This document shows, one piece after another, positions 27,730-37,167 of a DNA stretch of 64,000 nt. The translations under genes and the position numbers were made by a program. The notes under the pieces were generated by a model. It did not search any database and was not told the origin of the DNA. It saw only the letters and a list, made by a program, of their open reading frames with translations. How positions within the stretch are numbered: the stretch's first letter is position 1; every line of letters starts with the position of its first letter. The stretch spans positions 3,944-67,943 of the forward strand of contig QZIV01000007.1 of the NCBI GenBank assembly GCA_003599135.1, in the 5' to 3' direction. The DNA is from Candidatus Parcubacteria bacterium. Lineage in GTDB: Bacteria > Patescibacteriota > Minisyncoccia > UBA6257 > 2-01-FULL-56-20.

Positions 27730-28476
27730 ATGAAAATCGTTATGCCGATGGCTGGCCGGGGGTCAAGATTTGCGAAAGCGGGCATCACGCAACCAAAGCC
27801 CCTGATTGAAGTACTTGGGAAAACCTTGGTTCAGTGGTCGGTTGAAGGAATGAAGATTACAAATCCCGGACTTGAGGACAAAGATTTTGTGTTCGTCTGC
27901 CACGCGGATCACGAGCGAGATTTCAAAATCGGCGAGAAACTGAGAGAGATAGTAGGACCGGGTATTGCTGTTCTTTTCACCCCAGTTGTTACAGAAGGCG
28001 CGGCGTGCACCGTGCTTTTGGCGAAAAAAGTAATTGACCCTGACGAAGATATGCTTATGTGCGACTCGGATCACTTTGTGGTATGCCCAGCGTTTCGGAG
28101 CGCTCGCGAAGAATCTCGGAAGCACGACTGGGGCGGCATCATTCCAACAATCGAAAGAGACAAGCCGCACTATTCCTATGCGCGCCTTGACGATCGAGGT
28201 AATGTGGTTGAAACCCGCGAGAAGCAGATGATTTCGACGCATGCCGCCGCGCTGTACTACTTCACGAAATGGAAATATTTTGTCTCTGCAGCAGAAGCGA
28301 TGATCGCGAAGAACGAGCGGCACAACAACGAATTCTATATGTGTCCTGTATACAACCACATCATTGCACAGGGACGCGTTGTGCGCACGGTGCCGGTTGA
28401 ACTCGCAATGCACCTCGGAACGCCGGAAGAAATGCAGTACTTCGTCGAACATGTCCCTATGCAGTATCGGACCTGA
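27730..28476 (+). CDS. BcbE-like sugar-phosphate nucleotidyltransferase 2
   Basis: MPMAGRGSRF...PKPLIEV, TEGAACTVL, DSD, EKQMIS, NNEFYMCPVYN, LGTPEE. Confidence 0.85.
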   Translation: MKIVMPMAGRGSRFAKAGITQPKPLIEVLGKTLVQWSVEGMKITNPGLEDKDFVFVCHADHERDFKIGEKLREIVGPGIAVLFTPVVTEGAACTVLLAKKVIDPDEDMLMCDSDHFVVCPAFRSAREESRKHDWGGIIPTIERDKPHYSYARLDDRGNVVETREKQMISTHAAALYYFTKWKYFVSAAEAMIAKNERHNNEFYMCPVYNHIIAQGRVVRTVPVELAMHLGTPEEMQYFVEHVPMQYRT

Positions 28477-28477
28477 A

Positions 28478-28506
28478 TTTACAAAGTGTTGAGAGGGGTG
28501 TAAAGT
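28478..28506 (+). promoter_or_regulatory. Internal promoter (leaderless) for 28513 gene
   Basis: TTTACA-17-TAAAGT, 6 nt before ATG. Confidence 0.5.
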
Positions 28507-28512
28507 TCTCGC

Positions 28513-29376
28513 ATGCGATTGGGACGGTTGGTACTCACACATCGCGAGAAGTACATCGAGAAGCTCAAAAAGTTCTATCTCGATGCGAAGCGCACAGAGT
28601 TTTTGGTGGTTGCGTATAACCAGAAGACCGTTGATGTTTCGCGGTTCACTTCAACGGATTCGTTCAAACTAGTGCCTTACTGTGCGGGGGCAGAAGGCGA
28701 GTGTAGCGCGACGGGCCGGCAGTACCGCGTGTGGCTTTCCCACATAAAGCAATTTCCGGAAATCGAAGGATGGGTGGTGCATGATTACGATCTCGTCTGC
28801 CGCGTGCCAGACCGAGAGATTTTCTCGCGCATCAAACCAGATGAATACGCAATGATCGGAAAGGCTTTCCCTGTCCGGCAGGAAGGCATGAAGGATGCGG
28901 GCGTTGATACTTTCCCGTTCGCGCAAGATCATCGCCATTGGCATAAATTGAATCCTCCGAATCCAGTTGACGAAGAGGTGGATGCATTGCTCATGCGCAG
29001 ATTTCCGCATACATTTCAAGGCATCAAGACGATTTTGGGAGGTTACAGCGATTTTATTGCTACGTCGCGCAAGAATTTTTTACTACTTGACGATCCTGCA
29101 GTTAAGGATTTCTCCGCTGGAGGCAACGAGCAGATTCCGCATAGCATTTGGGGCGCAAAAGGGATACAGCCCGTCGATCTCAGGCCATGGTATAAGATGA
29201 AAATATCGCTTGACGTGATGTACATGCCGATGGATGCCCGCTACGACATGATTCACCCTGTAAAAATATGGGAAGGTGAGAGTGTTCCGCCTCGAGAGCG
29301 CGCCGGCAACGTAAAGCGGAAGCTCAAAAACTTCGTGAAATGGCTTATTGGCTATCAGGGCTGGAAGCGGACATAG
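28513..29376 (+). CDS. Hypothetical protein, possible GT-A fold glycosyltransferase
   Basis: Full-length ORF filling the operon gap; WVVHDYD (DxD-like) and C-terminal IHPVK; basic amphipathic tail. Confidence 0.6.
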   Translation: MRLGRLVLTHREKYIEKLKKFYLDAKRTEFLVVAYNQKTVDVSRFTSTDSFKLVPYCAGAEGECSATGRQYRVWLSHIKQFPEIEGWVVHDYDLVCRVPDREIFSRIKPDEYAMIGKAFPVRQEGMKDAGVDTFPFAQDHRHWHKLNPPNPVDEEVDALLMRRFPHTFQGIKTILGGYSDFIATSRKNFLLLDDPAVKDFSAGGNEQIPHSIWGAKGIQPVDLRPWYKMKISLDVMYMPMDARYDMIHPVKIWEGESVPPRERAGNVKRKLKNFVKWLIGYQGWKRT

Positions 29377-29428
29377 ATTGTACAAGCGAGTCCTCCTGCG
29401 GTAGAGTTTCGGGACTCAATTTCTTTGT

Positions 29429-30589
29429 ATGAAGCACACCGATCGTCTTGACGTTCTCCTCAAAGCGCGGCAATGCACCTTATTGGGCATAGGTCCGATG
29501 AGCAAGCTTTGTGTCGATGCTACGATAGAAATTGCGAACGAGCTTGATATCCCGCTCATGCTCATCGCCTCAAGGCGCCAGATCGAGGCTGCATCCCACG
29601 GCGGAGGGTACGTCAACGGCTGGACTACAGAAACTTTTGCAGAGTACGTGCGCACGCATGACGCGAAGTCCAATGTGCTTTTGGCGCGCGATCACGGCGG
29701 CCCGTGGCAGAATTATTCTGAGGTGAAAGGGGGCTTGAATCTCCAAGAAGCGATGAAATCCGCGAAGCAGTCTTATGAAACCGACATCAAATCGGGTTTC
29801 GATATGATTCACATTGATCCCTCGATCGACATTCACAAGCGCCCGTCATTCGAGGAGGTGCTGGAGCGACTTTTCGAACTTTATCTTCATTGCGTGGAAT
29901 ACGCCCGCTCGTTGGGGAAAGAAGTGTTTTTCGAATTCGGTACCGATGAGCAGGGGGAAGGGCTACATGACCTGGAAGAGCTAGAAGCTCTCACGGAAGA
30001 AATTACGGATTTCTGCAGCAAACACCGCCTCCCAAAACCTTATTTTGTAGTGGCACAGACGGGAGCTAAAGTGAAAGAAACGAAAAACGTCGGCGTCATT
30101 GCCGACCCCGGTGAATCTGGGGCAGTCAAAGCACAGCTCAAAAAGCTTGTTGCTATCTGTAACCGCTATGGCGTACGACTCAAAGGTCATAATGGCGACT
30201 ATTTATCAGACGATACTCTTCGGTGGCATCCTGAAATCGGTATTCATGCCCTGAACGTTGCTCCGGAGTTCGGCGTTGCGGAGACAAAGGCGCTCATCAA
30301 GGTGTGCGATGATCTTGGCCTCAAAAGCGAGCGAGATCAATTTCTCACGCTTGCTCTCAATTCCCGCAAGTGGGACAAGTGGCTTCTCGCCGATACAAAA
30401 GCCACGGATTTCGATCGTGCAGTGATTGCCGGTCATTATGTGTTTGCGACGCCGGAGTTTACGAAGATTAAAGCTCGAATTGCCTTTGCAAGCCGCGCCC
30501 GAGGATTGGATCTCGATCAGTACTTGAAGGAAGCAATTAAGTCGTCTATCATGCGCTATGTGTCAAGTTTGAACTTATCTCATGGTTGA
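29429..30589 (+). CDS. GatZ/KbaZ-like (tagatose-6-phosphate/fructose-6-phosphate 4-epimerase family) TIM-barrel protein
   Basis: LIASRRQIE...GGY, RDHGGPWQ, GFDMIHIDPS, EFGTDE, VAQTG, KGHNGDYLS, NVAPEFG. Confidence 0.8.
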   Translation: MKHTDRLDVLLKARQCTLLGIGPMSKLCVDATIEIANELDIPLMLIASRRQIEAASHGGGYVNGWTTETFAEYVRTHDAKSNVLLARDHGGPWQNYSEVKGGLNLQEAMKSAKQSYETDIKSGFDMIHIDPSIDIHKRPSFEEVLERLFELYLHCVEYARSLGKEVFFEFGTDEQGEGLHDLEELEALTEEITDFCSKHRLPKPYFVVAQTGAKVKETKNVGVIADPGESGAVKAQLKKLVAICNRYGVRLKGHNGDYLSDDTLRWHPEIGIHALNVAPEFGVAETKALIKVCDDLGLKSERDQFLTLALNSRKWDKWLLADTKATDFDRAVIAGHYVFATPEFTKIKARIAFASRARGLDLDQYLKEAIKSSIMRYVSSLNLSHG

Positions 30590-31067
30590 TCTTGTTGAGT
30601 ATTTGAACGAACTGTTCAACGGAGAGGGGGCGGTGGGTACACCGAAAGACGCACCCCTGGGTTTTGTCGTCAGAAGCTTTTCCAACATTAAGAAAGTGGT
30701 GAAACCCTGGGGTTTTGAACTTTGGCTTTCTGATGCAACCGAGACTCCATACGCTCTGAAAGTCCTTTACGTCAAGAAAGGAACCAAAACCAGTTTGCAA
30801 GTTCATCGGAAGAAAGCTGAACATAATACTGTTTTTTCCGGCAGAGCGAGGTTTTATTACGAAGACAAGAGTAAAGAACTCAAGTCGGTTGACATGGGCC
30901 CGGGTCATGTAGTGATGGTTTTACCTGGTATGGTTCACCGCTTGGAGGCTCTTACCGACCTTGTCCTCTTCGAAGGTTCTACTTCAGAGCTCGACGACGT
31001 GATACGCCTTGCCGATGATTACAAGCGCCCCGACGGAAAGATTGCATCGGAGCATGGTGCGGCATGA
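30582..31067 (+). CDS. Cupin sugar isomerase (PMI type II C-terminal / lyxose isomerase-like)
   Basis: VKPWGFELWL, SLQVHRKKAEH, PGMVHRL, DDVIRLADDY. Confidence 0.82.
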   Translation: MVDLVEYLNELFNGEGAVGTPKDAPLGFVVRSFSNIKKVVKPWGFELWLSDATETPYALKVLYVKKGTKTSLQVHRKKAEHNTVFSGRARFYYEDKSKELKSVDMGPGHVVMVLPGMVHRLEALTDLVLFEGSTSELDDVIRLADDYKRPDGKIASEHGAA

Positions 31068-31160
31068 AAGTTCTCCGCACGACGCTCGATGCAAGATGAA
31101 GAAAGATGAAGAATTGTACGGCCCTCATGCATGTTTTAAGAGGAAGAAAAACGTGAATCC

Positions 31161-31898
31161 ATGAGTTATTCGCTCATTCTGGGAGGTACCAAGGGATTGG
31201 GATTTGCCCTGGCCCGGGAATCGGCGCTGAGGGGCATAGAGCCAATTGTAACCGGTCGGTCCGCGGCCGATCCGGGAGTCGCCGCTTCTCTTCCGCAAAA
31301 CGCAATCCGGATCGCGATGGATCTGACTGACGACGAAAGTATTGACGAGGCCTTGCGCAACCTGGATCAATACACAGTAGATTACTTTTTCTGGAACGCC
31401 GGCATCTGGCCAGGGAGGGTACCGTTTCGGCAACTTTCGGTGACAGATATAGACGACGTAATTGCCACGAATTTCACAGGACCTCTTAAACTGTTGCGGC
31501 GATTTCACGAAACGCGCGTTTCACAAGGACGTCCGTACCGTCTTGTCGCTATCTCGTCGGCGTCTGCATGGCTAGTCCGCAAAAACGAAACGGTATACTG
31601 CGCCTCGAAGGATGCACAAGCGGTGTTCGTTCTGAACTTCGCAGACGAGTTGGCGCAAGAGCTGCCCGGGTCTCAAGCCACCATTTTTTACCCGGGCGGC
31701 ATGAAAACAGAAATCTTCAAGGGCAATGTTCAGGACACAAGCGGCTACATGGAGCCCGCTTCAGTTGCGAAGGCTGTGTGGGACGAGGTAATGGGGCAGA
31801 AGGAAATTTGCCGCGAGGTGCACATCATTCGCAACAAAGAAAAAAATGACGGGTCGTTTACGATTGAGTACGGCCCGAGGCCGAGGGGGGTTCAATAG
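31161..31898 (+). CDS. Classical short-chain dehydrogenase/reductase
   Basis: LGGTKGLG, WNAG, ISSAS, YCASK, YPGGMKT. Confidence 0.88.
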   Translation: MSYSLILGGTKGLGFALARESALRGIEPIVTGRSAADPGVAASLPQNAIRIAMDLTDDESIDEALRNLDQYTVDYFFWNAGIWPGRVPFRQLSVTDIDDVIATNFTGPLKLLRRFHETRVSQGRPYRLVAISSASAWLVRKNETVYCASKDAQAVFVLNFADELAQELPGSQATIFYPGGMKTEIFKGNVQDTSGYMEPASVAKAVWDEVMGQKEICREVHIIRNKEKNDGSFTIEYGPRPRGVQ

Positions 31899-31942
31899 GA
31901 TTTCAAGAAAACAGGAATCTACGCATACGTTGATACAACTTC

Positions 31943-32905
31943 ATGAATAAATCTTTTTGGAACGGGAAACGAGTCGCAGTTCCGGGAGGGGGAGGATTTT
32001 TGGGATCGCGAATCGTAGAACGCCTGCAAGCCGCAGGAGCAGAAATTGCGGTACCGAGAACCTCGGAGGGAGTTGATTTCCGGCGCGAAGAGGACTGCCA
32101 TAACTATTTCAAGACTACGAAGCCCGAGATTGTCGTGAATTGCGCGGCGATTCAGGGAGGTATCGGATATCACAAGGGCAAGGAAGCGAGCCTCTTTTTG
32201 GATAACACGAAGATGGGCTTGTTCCTTATGGAAGCCGCGCAGGCGTCGGGAGCAAAAAAGTTCGTGAACATTGTTGCCGGGTGTTCGTACCCCGGTTATC
32301 TCGAGAAAGACGAACTGAACGAGGATGATTACTGGAACGGCGAAGTACACGAATCCATTTTCAGCTACGGATTCTCACGCAAGGCGAGTGTTGCCTACGG
32401 CACGGCCTTAAAACGCCAATATGGATGGAATTCGATCCATCTCATACTAGCGAATATGTACGGCCCCGGAGAGCATTTTAATCCCGAGCAGTCAAAAGCG
32501 CTCGCGGGGCTTACGAAAAAAATCTATGATGCCAAAAAGTCAGGCGCGCAAACGGTAGAAATCTGGGGGACCGGGAAACCGGTTCGCGATTGGCTGTACG
32601 TTGAGGACGGCGCCGAAGGGATCCTCCGAGCCGCCGAAGTGTACGACGACGTTTCGCCGTTGAATATCGCAAGCGGCGTCGGCGTCTCCGTGACTGAACT
32701 TGCCGAGATTATCAAGCGAATCGTCGGTTATGAAGGGAGCTTCGCATATAATACGAGCCGCCCGGATGGTGCGATAAAAAAAACCTTCGGTGTTCGGAAG
32801 ATGAAAGAAAAACTGCATTGGCTGCCGGAGACGCCCCTTGAAGAGGGCATTCGCTCAACACTCTCGTGGCTTGACGCAAACTACGAGCATGCCGTCACAC
32901 ACTAG
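31943..32905 (+). CDS. Fcl-like extended SDR, paralog 3 (Cys/Lys type)
   Basis: PGGGGFLG, AAIQGGIG, AGCSYP, YGFSRK, SKALAGL, WGTGKPVRDWLYVED. Confidence 0.8.
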   Translation: MNKSFWNGKRVAVPGGGGFLGSRIVERLQAAGAEIAVPRTSEGVDFRREEDCHNYFKTTKPEIVVNCAAIQGGIGYHKGKEASLFLDNTKMGLFLMEAAQASGAKKFVNIVAGCSYPGYLEKDELNEDDYWNGEVHESIFSYGFSRKASVAYGTALKRQYGWNSIHLILANMYGPGEHFNPEQSKALAGLTKKIYDAKKSGAQTVEIWGTGKPVRDWLYVEDGAEGILRAAEVYDDVSPLNIASGVGVSVTELAEIIKRIVGYEGSFAYNTSRPDGAIKKTFGVRKMKEKLHWLPETPLEEGIRSTLSWLDANYEHAVTH

Positions 32906-33692
32906 AACAGTGGGAATCATCGGCGGCAAAGGACTTCTGGGATCGGATCTTGTGGAGCATCTTGGGAAAGACTTTGAGTCTATTTCCATCGACAAGGACA
33001 ACTACGAAACTCATCGCGGCGCCTCATTCGACGTCCTCGTGAACGCAAACGGCAACAGCCGCCGGTTTTGGGCGAACGACAACCCCCGGGAAGATTTCTC
33101 CGCTTCCACGATATCGGTGTATAACAGTACCACCGACTTCCATTTTAAAAAATATGTTTACATTTCTTCAAGCGATGTGTATGAGAACCACGAAGAATCG
33201 GATGCGACAAAAGAAAATGTTTTAATCCGCCCGGAAGGGCTTTCTCCGTATGGATTACATAAATATCTTGCGGAGCAGGTTGTGAGGAATCGCACCGACA
33301 ATTTCCTTATTCTGCGATCTTCGATGATACTCGGTGCGAATTTGAAAAAGGGTCCGTTCTACGATATACTGCACGGGTCCCCGCTCTTTATCACCGCCGA
33401 CTCGCGCCTCCAGGCAATCTCTACCTCTGTCATCGCAGACGTCATTCGCCATCTCATCACGAGCGACCGGCGGAACGAAGTATTCAACATGGGCGGCCAA
33501 GAGACGTTCAATTTTCAAGATCTCTCTACATTCGTATCCCTACCCGTTTCTTTCAGGCAGGATGCCGAGCGCCAGATTTACGAGATGAATGTCGATAAAC
33601 TGAAATCAATCTATCCGCTCAAAACGTCAACCGAATACGTTGGAGAATTCCTCTCTCACTATGTCACCGAGAAAACACACCAAGAAAACTAA
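32889..33692 (+). CDS. Atypical short NAD-dependent epimerase/reductase, copy A
   Basis: IGGKGLLG, NANGNSRRFWAN, YISSSDVY, PYGLHK. Confidence 0.8.
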   Translation: MPSHTRTVGIIGGKGLLGSDLVEHLGKDFESISIDKDNYETHRGASFDVLVNANGNSRRFWANDNPREDFSASTISVYNSTTDFHFKKYVYISSSDVYENHEESDATKENVLIRPEGLSPYGLHKYLAEQVVRNRTDNFLILRSSMILGANLKKGPFYDILHGSPLFITADSRLQAISTSVIADVIRHLITSDRRNEVFNMGGQETFNFQDLSTFVSLPVSFRQDAERQIYEMNVDKLKSIYPLKTSTEYVGEFLSHYVTEKTHQEN

Positions 33693-34665
33693 ACCCGGAA
33701 AGCCGACGAAGGGTACTCAGAACTTTTCGCCGCCTTCCCGAGTTCTCATCACGGGAGGCGCGGGGTATGTTGGGTCCACGCTTGCGGGAGAGTTATTGCG
33801 GGAAGGGTATGGCGTGACCGTTCTCGACTCGCTCAAGTTCGGAGCCCAGGGGCTCATGCCGTATTTCGGAGACGCTCGATTTCGCTTTGTGAAAGGGGAT
33901 GTCCGCGACAGCCGTGCGGTGAAAGAAGCATTGAAAGATGTGAGTGTTGTCGTGCATCTCGCCGGAATCGTCGGGTTCCCGGCATGTCGGAAAGACCCCA
34001 AAGGATCCCAGGACATCAACGTTCGCGGCACGAAAGTAGTCGTGGACGCAACGCCGAAAAACGTCCCCGTCTTGTTCGCTTCGACCGGGTCGAGTTATGG
34101 CAAGATGATCGAGAAATTCTGTACGGAAACGACTCCGCTCAATCCCCTAAGCGACTACGCGCGACAAAAAGCCGAAGCCGAGGATATCGTGAAGCGTCAC
34201 AAAGAATTTGTGATCTATCGCTTCGCGACCGCTTTTGGAGTAAGTCCCCGCATGCGGCTCGACCTTTTGCCGAATGATTTTACATATCGCGCCGTAAAGG
34301 ATAAAACACTCATCGTCTATGAGAAGCATTTTATGCGGACATTCATCCACGTTCGCGACATGGCGCGAGCGTTTATTTTCGCTATCAAGAACTACCGGCG
34401 CATGCGGGGCGAAGTCTACAATGTAGGCAGTAACGATATGAACTACAGCAAAGAGGACATCTGTTTGATTATCAAAGAACGAGTCGATTACTACCTGCAC
34501 TTTGCGGACGTCGGTCACGACCTTGATCAGAGGGATTACATGGTGTCGTACGACAAGATTCACGGCGTTGGGTTTGCGCCATCTGTCTCGATGCATCAGG
34601 GAATCGAGGAGTTGATTAAGATGAGCGAAGCGATCGAAATACAGAACCCGCACTATAATGCATAA
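33661..34665 (+). CDS. NAD-dependent epimerase/dehydratase (NDP-sugar 4-reductase-like)
   Basis: TGGAGYVG, LAGIVGFPAC, YARQK, RFATAFGVSPRMRLDLL, DQRDY. Confidence 0.88.
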   Translation: MSPRKHTKKTKPGKPTKGTQNFSPPSRVLITGGAGYVGSTLAGELLREGYGVTVLDSLKFGAQGLMPYFGDARFRFVKGDVRDSRAVKEALKDVSVVVHLAGIVGFPACRKDPKGSQDINVRGTKVVVDATPKNVPVLFASTGSSYGKMIEKFCTETTPLNPLSDYARQKAEAEDIVKRHKEFVIYRFATAFGVSPRMRLDLLPNDFTYRAVKDKTLIVYEKHFMRTFIHVRDMARAFIFAIKNYRRMRGEVYNVGSNDMNYSKEDICLIIKERVDYYLHFADVGHDLDQRDYMVSYDKIHGVGFAPSVSMHQGIEELIKMSEAIEIQNPHYNA

Positions 34666-35944
34666 ATCCGAAACGGCCATCGCGCGCACCACGTGCAGGG
34701 TGTGCGGCTCAAACGCGCTCGTCCCGATTCTTTCTCTGGGCGAGCTCTACGTTTCAAATTTTGTTGACGAAGCAACGGAAGGCGCCGCGTTCAAGGCGCC
34801 GCTCGATGTAGTGTTGTGCGCTACGGAGAGCGGCGGGTGCGGACTTTTGCAGCTCAAGCACACCGTCTCGCATGAAGCGATGTATCGGAATTATTGGTAT
34901 CGGTCCGGGATGAATCTGACAATGACAGAGCAACTGAAAGACGTCGCGCAGGCCGTGGAGCGGATTGTCGACCTCCGTGTAGGGGACTATGTTGTCGACA
35001 TCGGCGCAAATGACGGCACGCTCCTTCGGAGCTACACGGCGCAGGGACTCAAGCGAACTGGTTTTGAGCCCGCGCACAACCTCGAGAAATGGAACGTGGT
35101 CGGAACGACAAAAGTGATAAACGACTTTTTCAGTTACGACTCGTGGACGCGCGAGTTTGGAGCCGCGCGCGCGAAAGCGGTGACTGCGATTGCAATGTTT
35201 TACGATCTCGAAGATCCGAACAAGTTTGTTGCCGACGTGAAGAAGTTGCTCCACGACGAAGGAATATTCGTGATTCAGATGAGTTATCTTCCGCTCATGC
35301 TTTCCCAAAATGCGTTTGATAACATTTGCCACGAGCACGTAGAGTACTATTCCCTGCTTTCCTTGGAAAATCTTTTAACACGGCATGGCCTCGAGGTATG
35401 CGACGTTGAACTCAACGATGTGAATGGGGGGAGTTTTAGAACGTACATTCGGCACAGCAGGAAAGGAGCGCAGCTCCGTATTCCTCAAGAAGCCGAAGCG
35501 AGAATCAAGTCGCTTCGAAAGGCAGAGCTCTCTCAAGGCATCCATCGCCGAGATGCGTACGGGGCATTTGTTGACAGGGTGCTCAAGATAAAAGATAGGT
35601 TGCGGAGTTTTATTGAAGAGGAGGCGGGACGCGGGAAAAAGGTGTACGTGTACGGCGCATCGACAAAGGGCAATACTCTTCTTCAATTTTTCGGTCTCGA
35701 TCACCGGCTCATAGAAGCCGCGGCGGAGCGCAATCCAGATAAATGGGGAAAAAAAACAGTAGGCACGAAAATACCGATTATTTCCGAAGAGCAGGCGCGC
35801 AAAGAGAAGCCGGATTATTTTCTTATCCTGCCTTGGCACTTCTTGAAAGAATTTAAGGAACGGGAAAGCGACTTTTTGCGGGCCGGCGGCAGGTTTATCG
35901 TCCCTCTCCCGAGCTTCAAGGTTATAGGAGCGGCGGAAGAGTAA
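34658..35944 (+). CDS. NDP-hexose C-methyltransferase (TylC3/EryBIII/NovU type)
   Basis: CRVCGS and CxxxxxxC Zn site, DIGANDGTLL, FDNICHEHVEYY, YGASTKGNTLL, LPWHF. Confidence 0.92.
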   Translation: MHKSETAIARTTCRVCGSNALVPILSLGELYVSNFVDEATEGAAFKAPLDVVLCATESGGCGLLQLKHTVSHEAMYRNYWYRSGMNLTMTEQLKDVAQAVERIVDLRVGDYVVDIGANDGTLLRSYTAQGLKRTGFEPAHNLEKWNVVGTTKVINDFFSYDSWTREFGAARAKAVTAIAMFYDLEDPNKFVADVKKLLHDEGIFVIQMSYLPLMLSQNAFDNICHEHVEYYSLLSLENLLTRHGLEVCDVELNDVNGGSFRTYIRHSRKGAQLRIPQEAEARIKSLRKAELSQGIHRRDAYGAFVDRVLKIKDRLRSFIEEEAGRGKKVYVYGASTKGNTLLQFFGLDHRLIEAAAERNPDKWGKKTVGTKIPIISEEQARKEKPDYFLILPWHFLKEFKERESDFLRAGGRFIVPLPSFKVIGAAEE

Positions 35945-35959
35945 GACCTCCTACTTGTT

Positions 35960-37162
35960 ATGAAGATAGGTTTAGTACATCTTAATCTCACCACAGAAAG
36001 CGGGGATCCCCGGATGTTTCTCCATATTTCCCGGGCTTTGTGGCTTATGGGCCACAAAGTTGTCATCTACACTGCCGAATTTGACCCGAGGTGCTTCCCG
36101 GACTTACATAAAGGCCTCCCCGTTGTCGTTGTCCCGCCGCCCGCGCCACTCGGATCGGTCACGGGGGCTCGGAGTTTTCTGTCAAAGATCGTAACGCGTT
36201 TGCGTCGGGAGAAGCTGTACCGAGAGACTGTCAGAAGACTTGCGGAGAAAATCGATACGACACTCGATGTTTTGATCTGCCAAAATGACGAATCGTATTA
36301 CCTGGGCCTCTCGTATAAGACAATGAATTCTCAAGCGGTGACCGTATGGATTATGAATAACGCCCCCTTTTATTACGTTCGCAGGAACAGTTTTTTTGTT
36401 GACCTGGTCGGGCGGTTAAAGGTGTTCCTCGAGAAGCAGCGAGCTAAGAAATATTTATCTGGGATAGATCTGGTTGTCGTGCACGACTTGGAACGCGAGA
36501 AAATGATCCGGGAATTTGGTAAGCCAGTCACCTTACTTCGCATCCCGGTTGATTTCAAAAGTTTTTATCAACCTGCAAAACGGATCTCCCTAAGAAAAGG
36601 TCAAGCAGTTCTTCTGGGTATCGGTTCGCTGAGTCCAAATCGGAAGTTCGAAGACATTATAGTGGCAGGCGGTCTGCTTCTTAAAAAAGGATATGACACA
36701 AAAGTAGTTCTGGTGTGCAAGGATTTCTGGAAGGACGATTCTTATAAACAGCGGCTTTTTGAGGTAACGCGCCGATCCGGCATGAGTGAGAGAGTCATAT
36801 TTCACTTTGAAGGGGTTGTCGAGAAAGAACTCAGAGAAATTCAGCGCCAGGCAACGATTTTCGTGTTCCCCAATCATATAAACATTTGGAGTATGGCCTC
36901 GTTCGAAGCGATGGCGGCAGGGCTTCCGCTCGTTGTCTCCCGAGCGACGAGCTTGGCGGAAGTGCTTCGCGATCGCGAACACGCACTTTTCTTCGGAGCG
37001 GGCGATACAGCTGAACTTGCTCTCCGGATCCAGGAGTTGATAAAATCCCCGCAACTTTATCACCGGATTGCCGGGAACGGCCAGAAATTCGTCAAAGAAC
37101 ATTTAAACTGGGATCGCTACGGCGACGAACTCATGGACGTTGTTCAGAAATTCAGCCATTAG
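35960..37162 (+). CDS. Glycosyltransferase family 4
   Basis: SGDPR, RKFEDII, SMASFEAMAAGLPLV. Confidence 0.9.
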   Translation: MKIGLVHLNLTTESGDPRMFLHISRALWLMGHKVVIYTAEFDPRCFPDLHKGLPVVVVPPPAPLGSVTGARSFLSKIVTRLRREKLYRETVRRLAEKIDTTLDVLICQNDESYYLGLSYKTMNSQAVTVWIMNNAPFYYVRRNSFFVDLVGRLKVFLEKQRAKKYLSGIDLVVVHDLEREKMIREFGKPVTLLRIPVDFKSFYQPAKRISLRKGQAVLLGIGSLSPNRKFEDIIVAGGLLLKKGYDTKVVLVCKDFWKDDSYKQRLFEVTRRSGMSERVIFHFEGVVEKELREIQRQATIFVFPNHINIWSMASFEAMAAGLPLVVSRATSLAEVLRDREHALFFGAGDTAELALRIQELIKSPQLYHRIAGNGQKFVKEHLNWDRYGDELMDVVQKFSH

Positions 37163-37167
37163 CAATC

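Noticed and set aside
29429-30589. Galactitol/tagatose catabolic operon
   Set aside because: No PTS/ABC transporter, kinase or GatY aldolase; the context is nucleotidyltransferases and glycan genes
31093-31112. Tandem AAGATGAAGA x2 in the spacer before the SDR
   Set aside because: Only two copies of a low-complexity 10-mer; not a CRISPR or meaningful array
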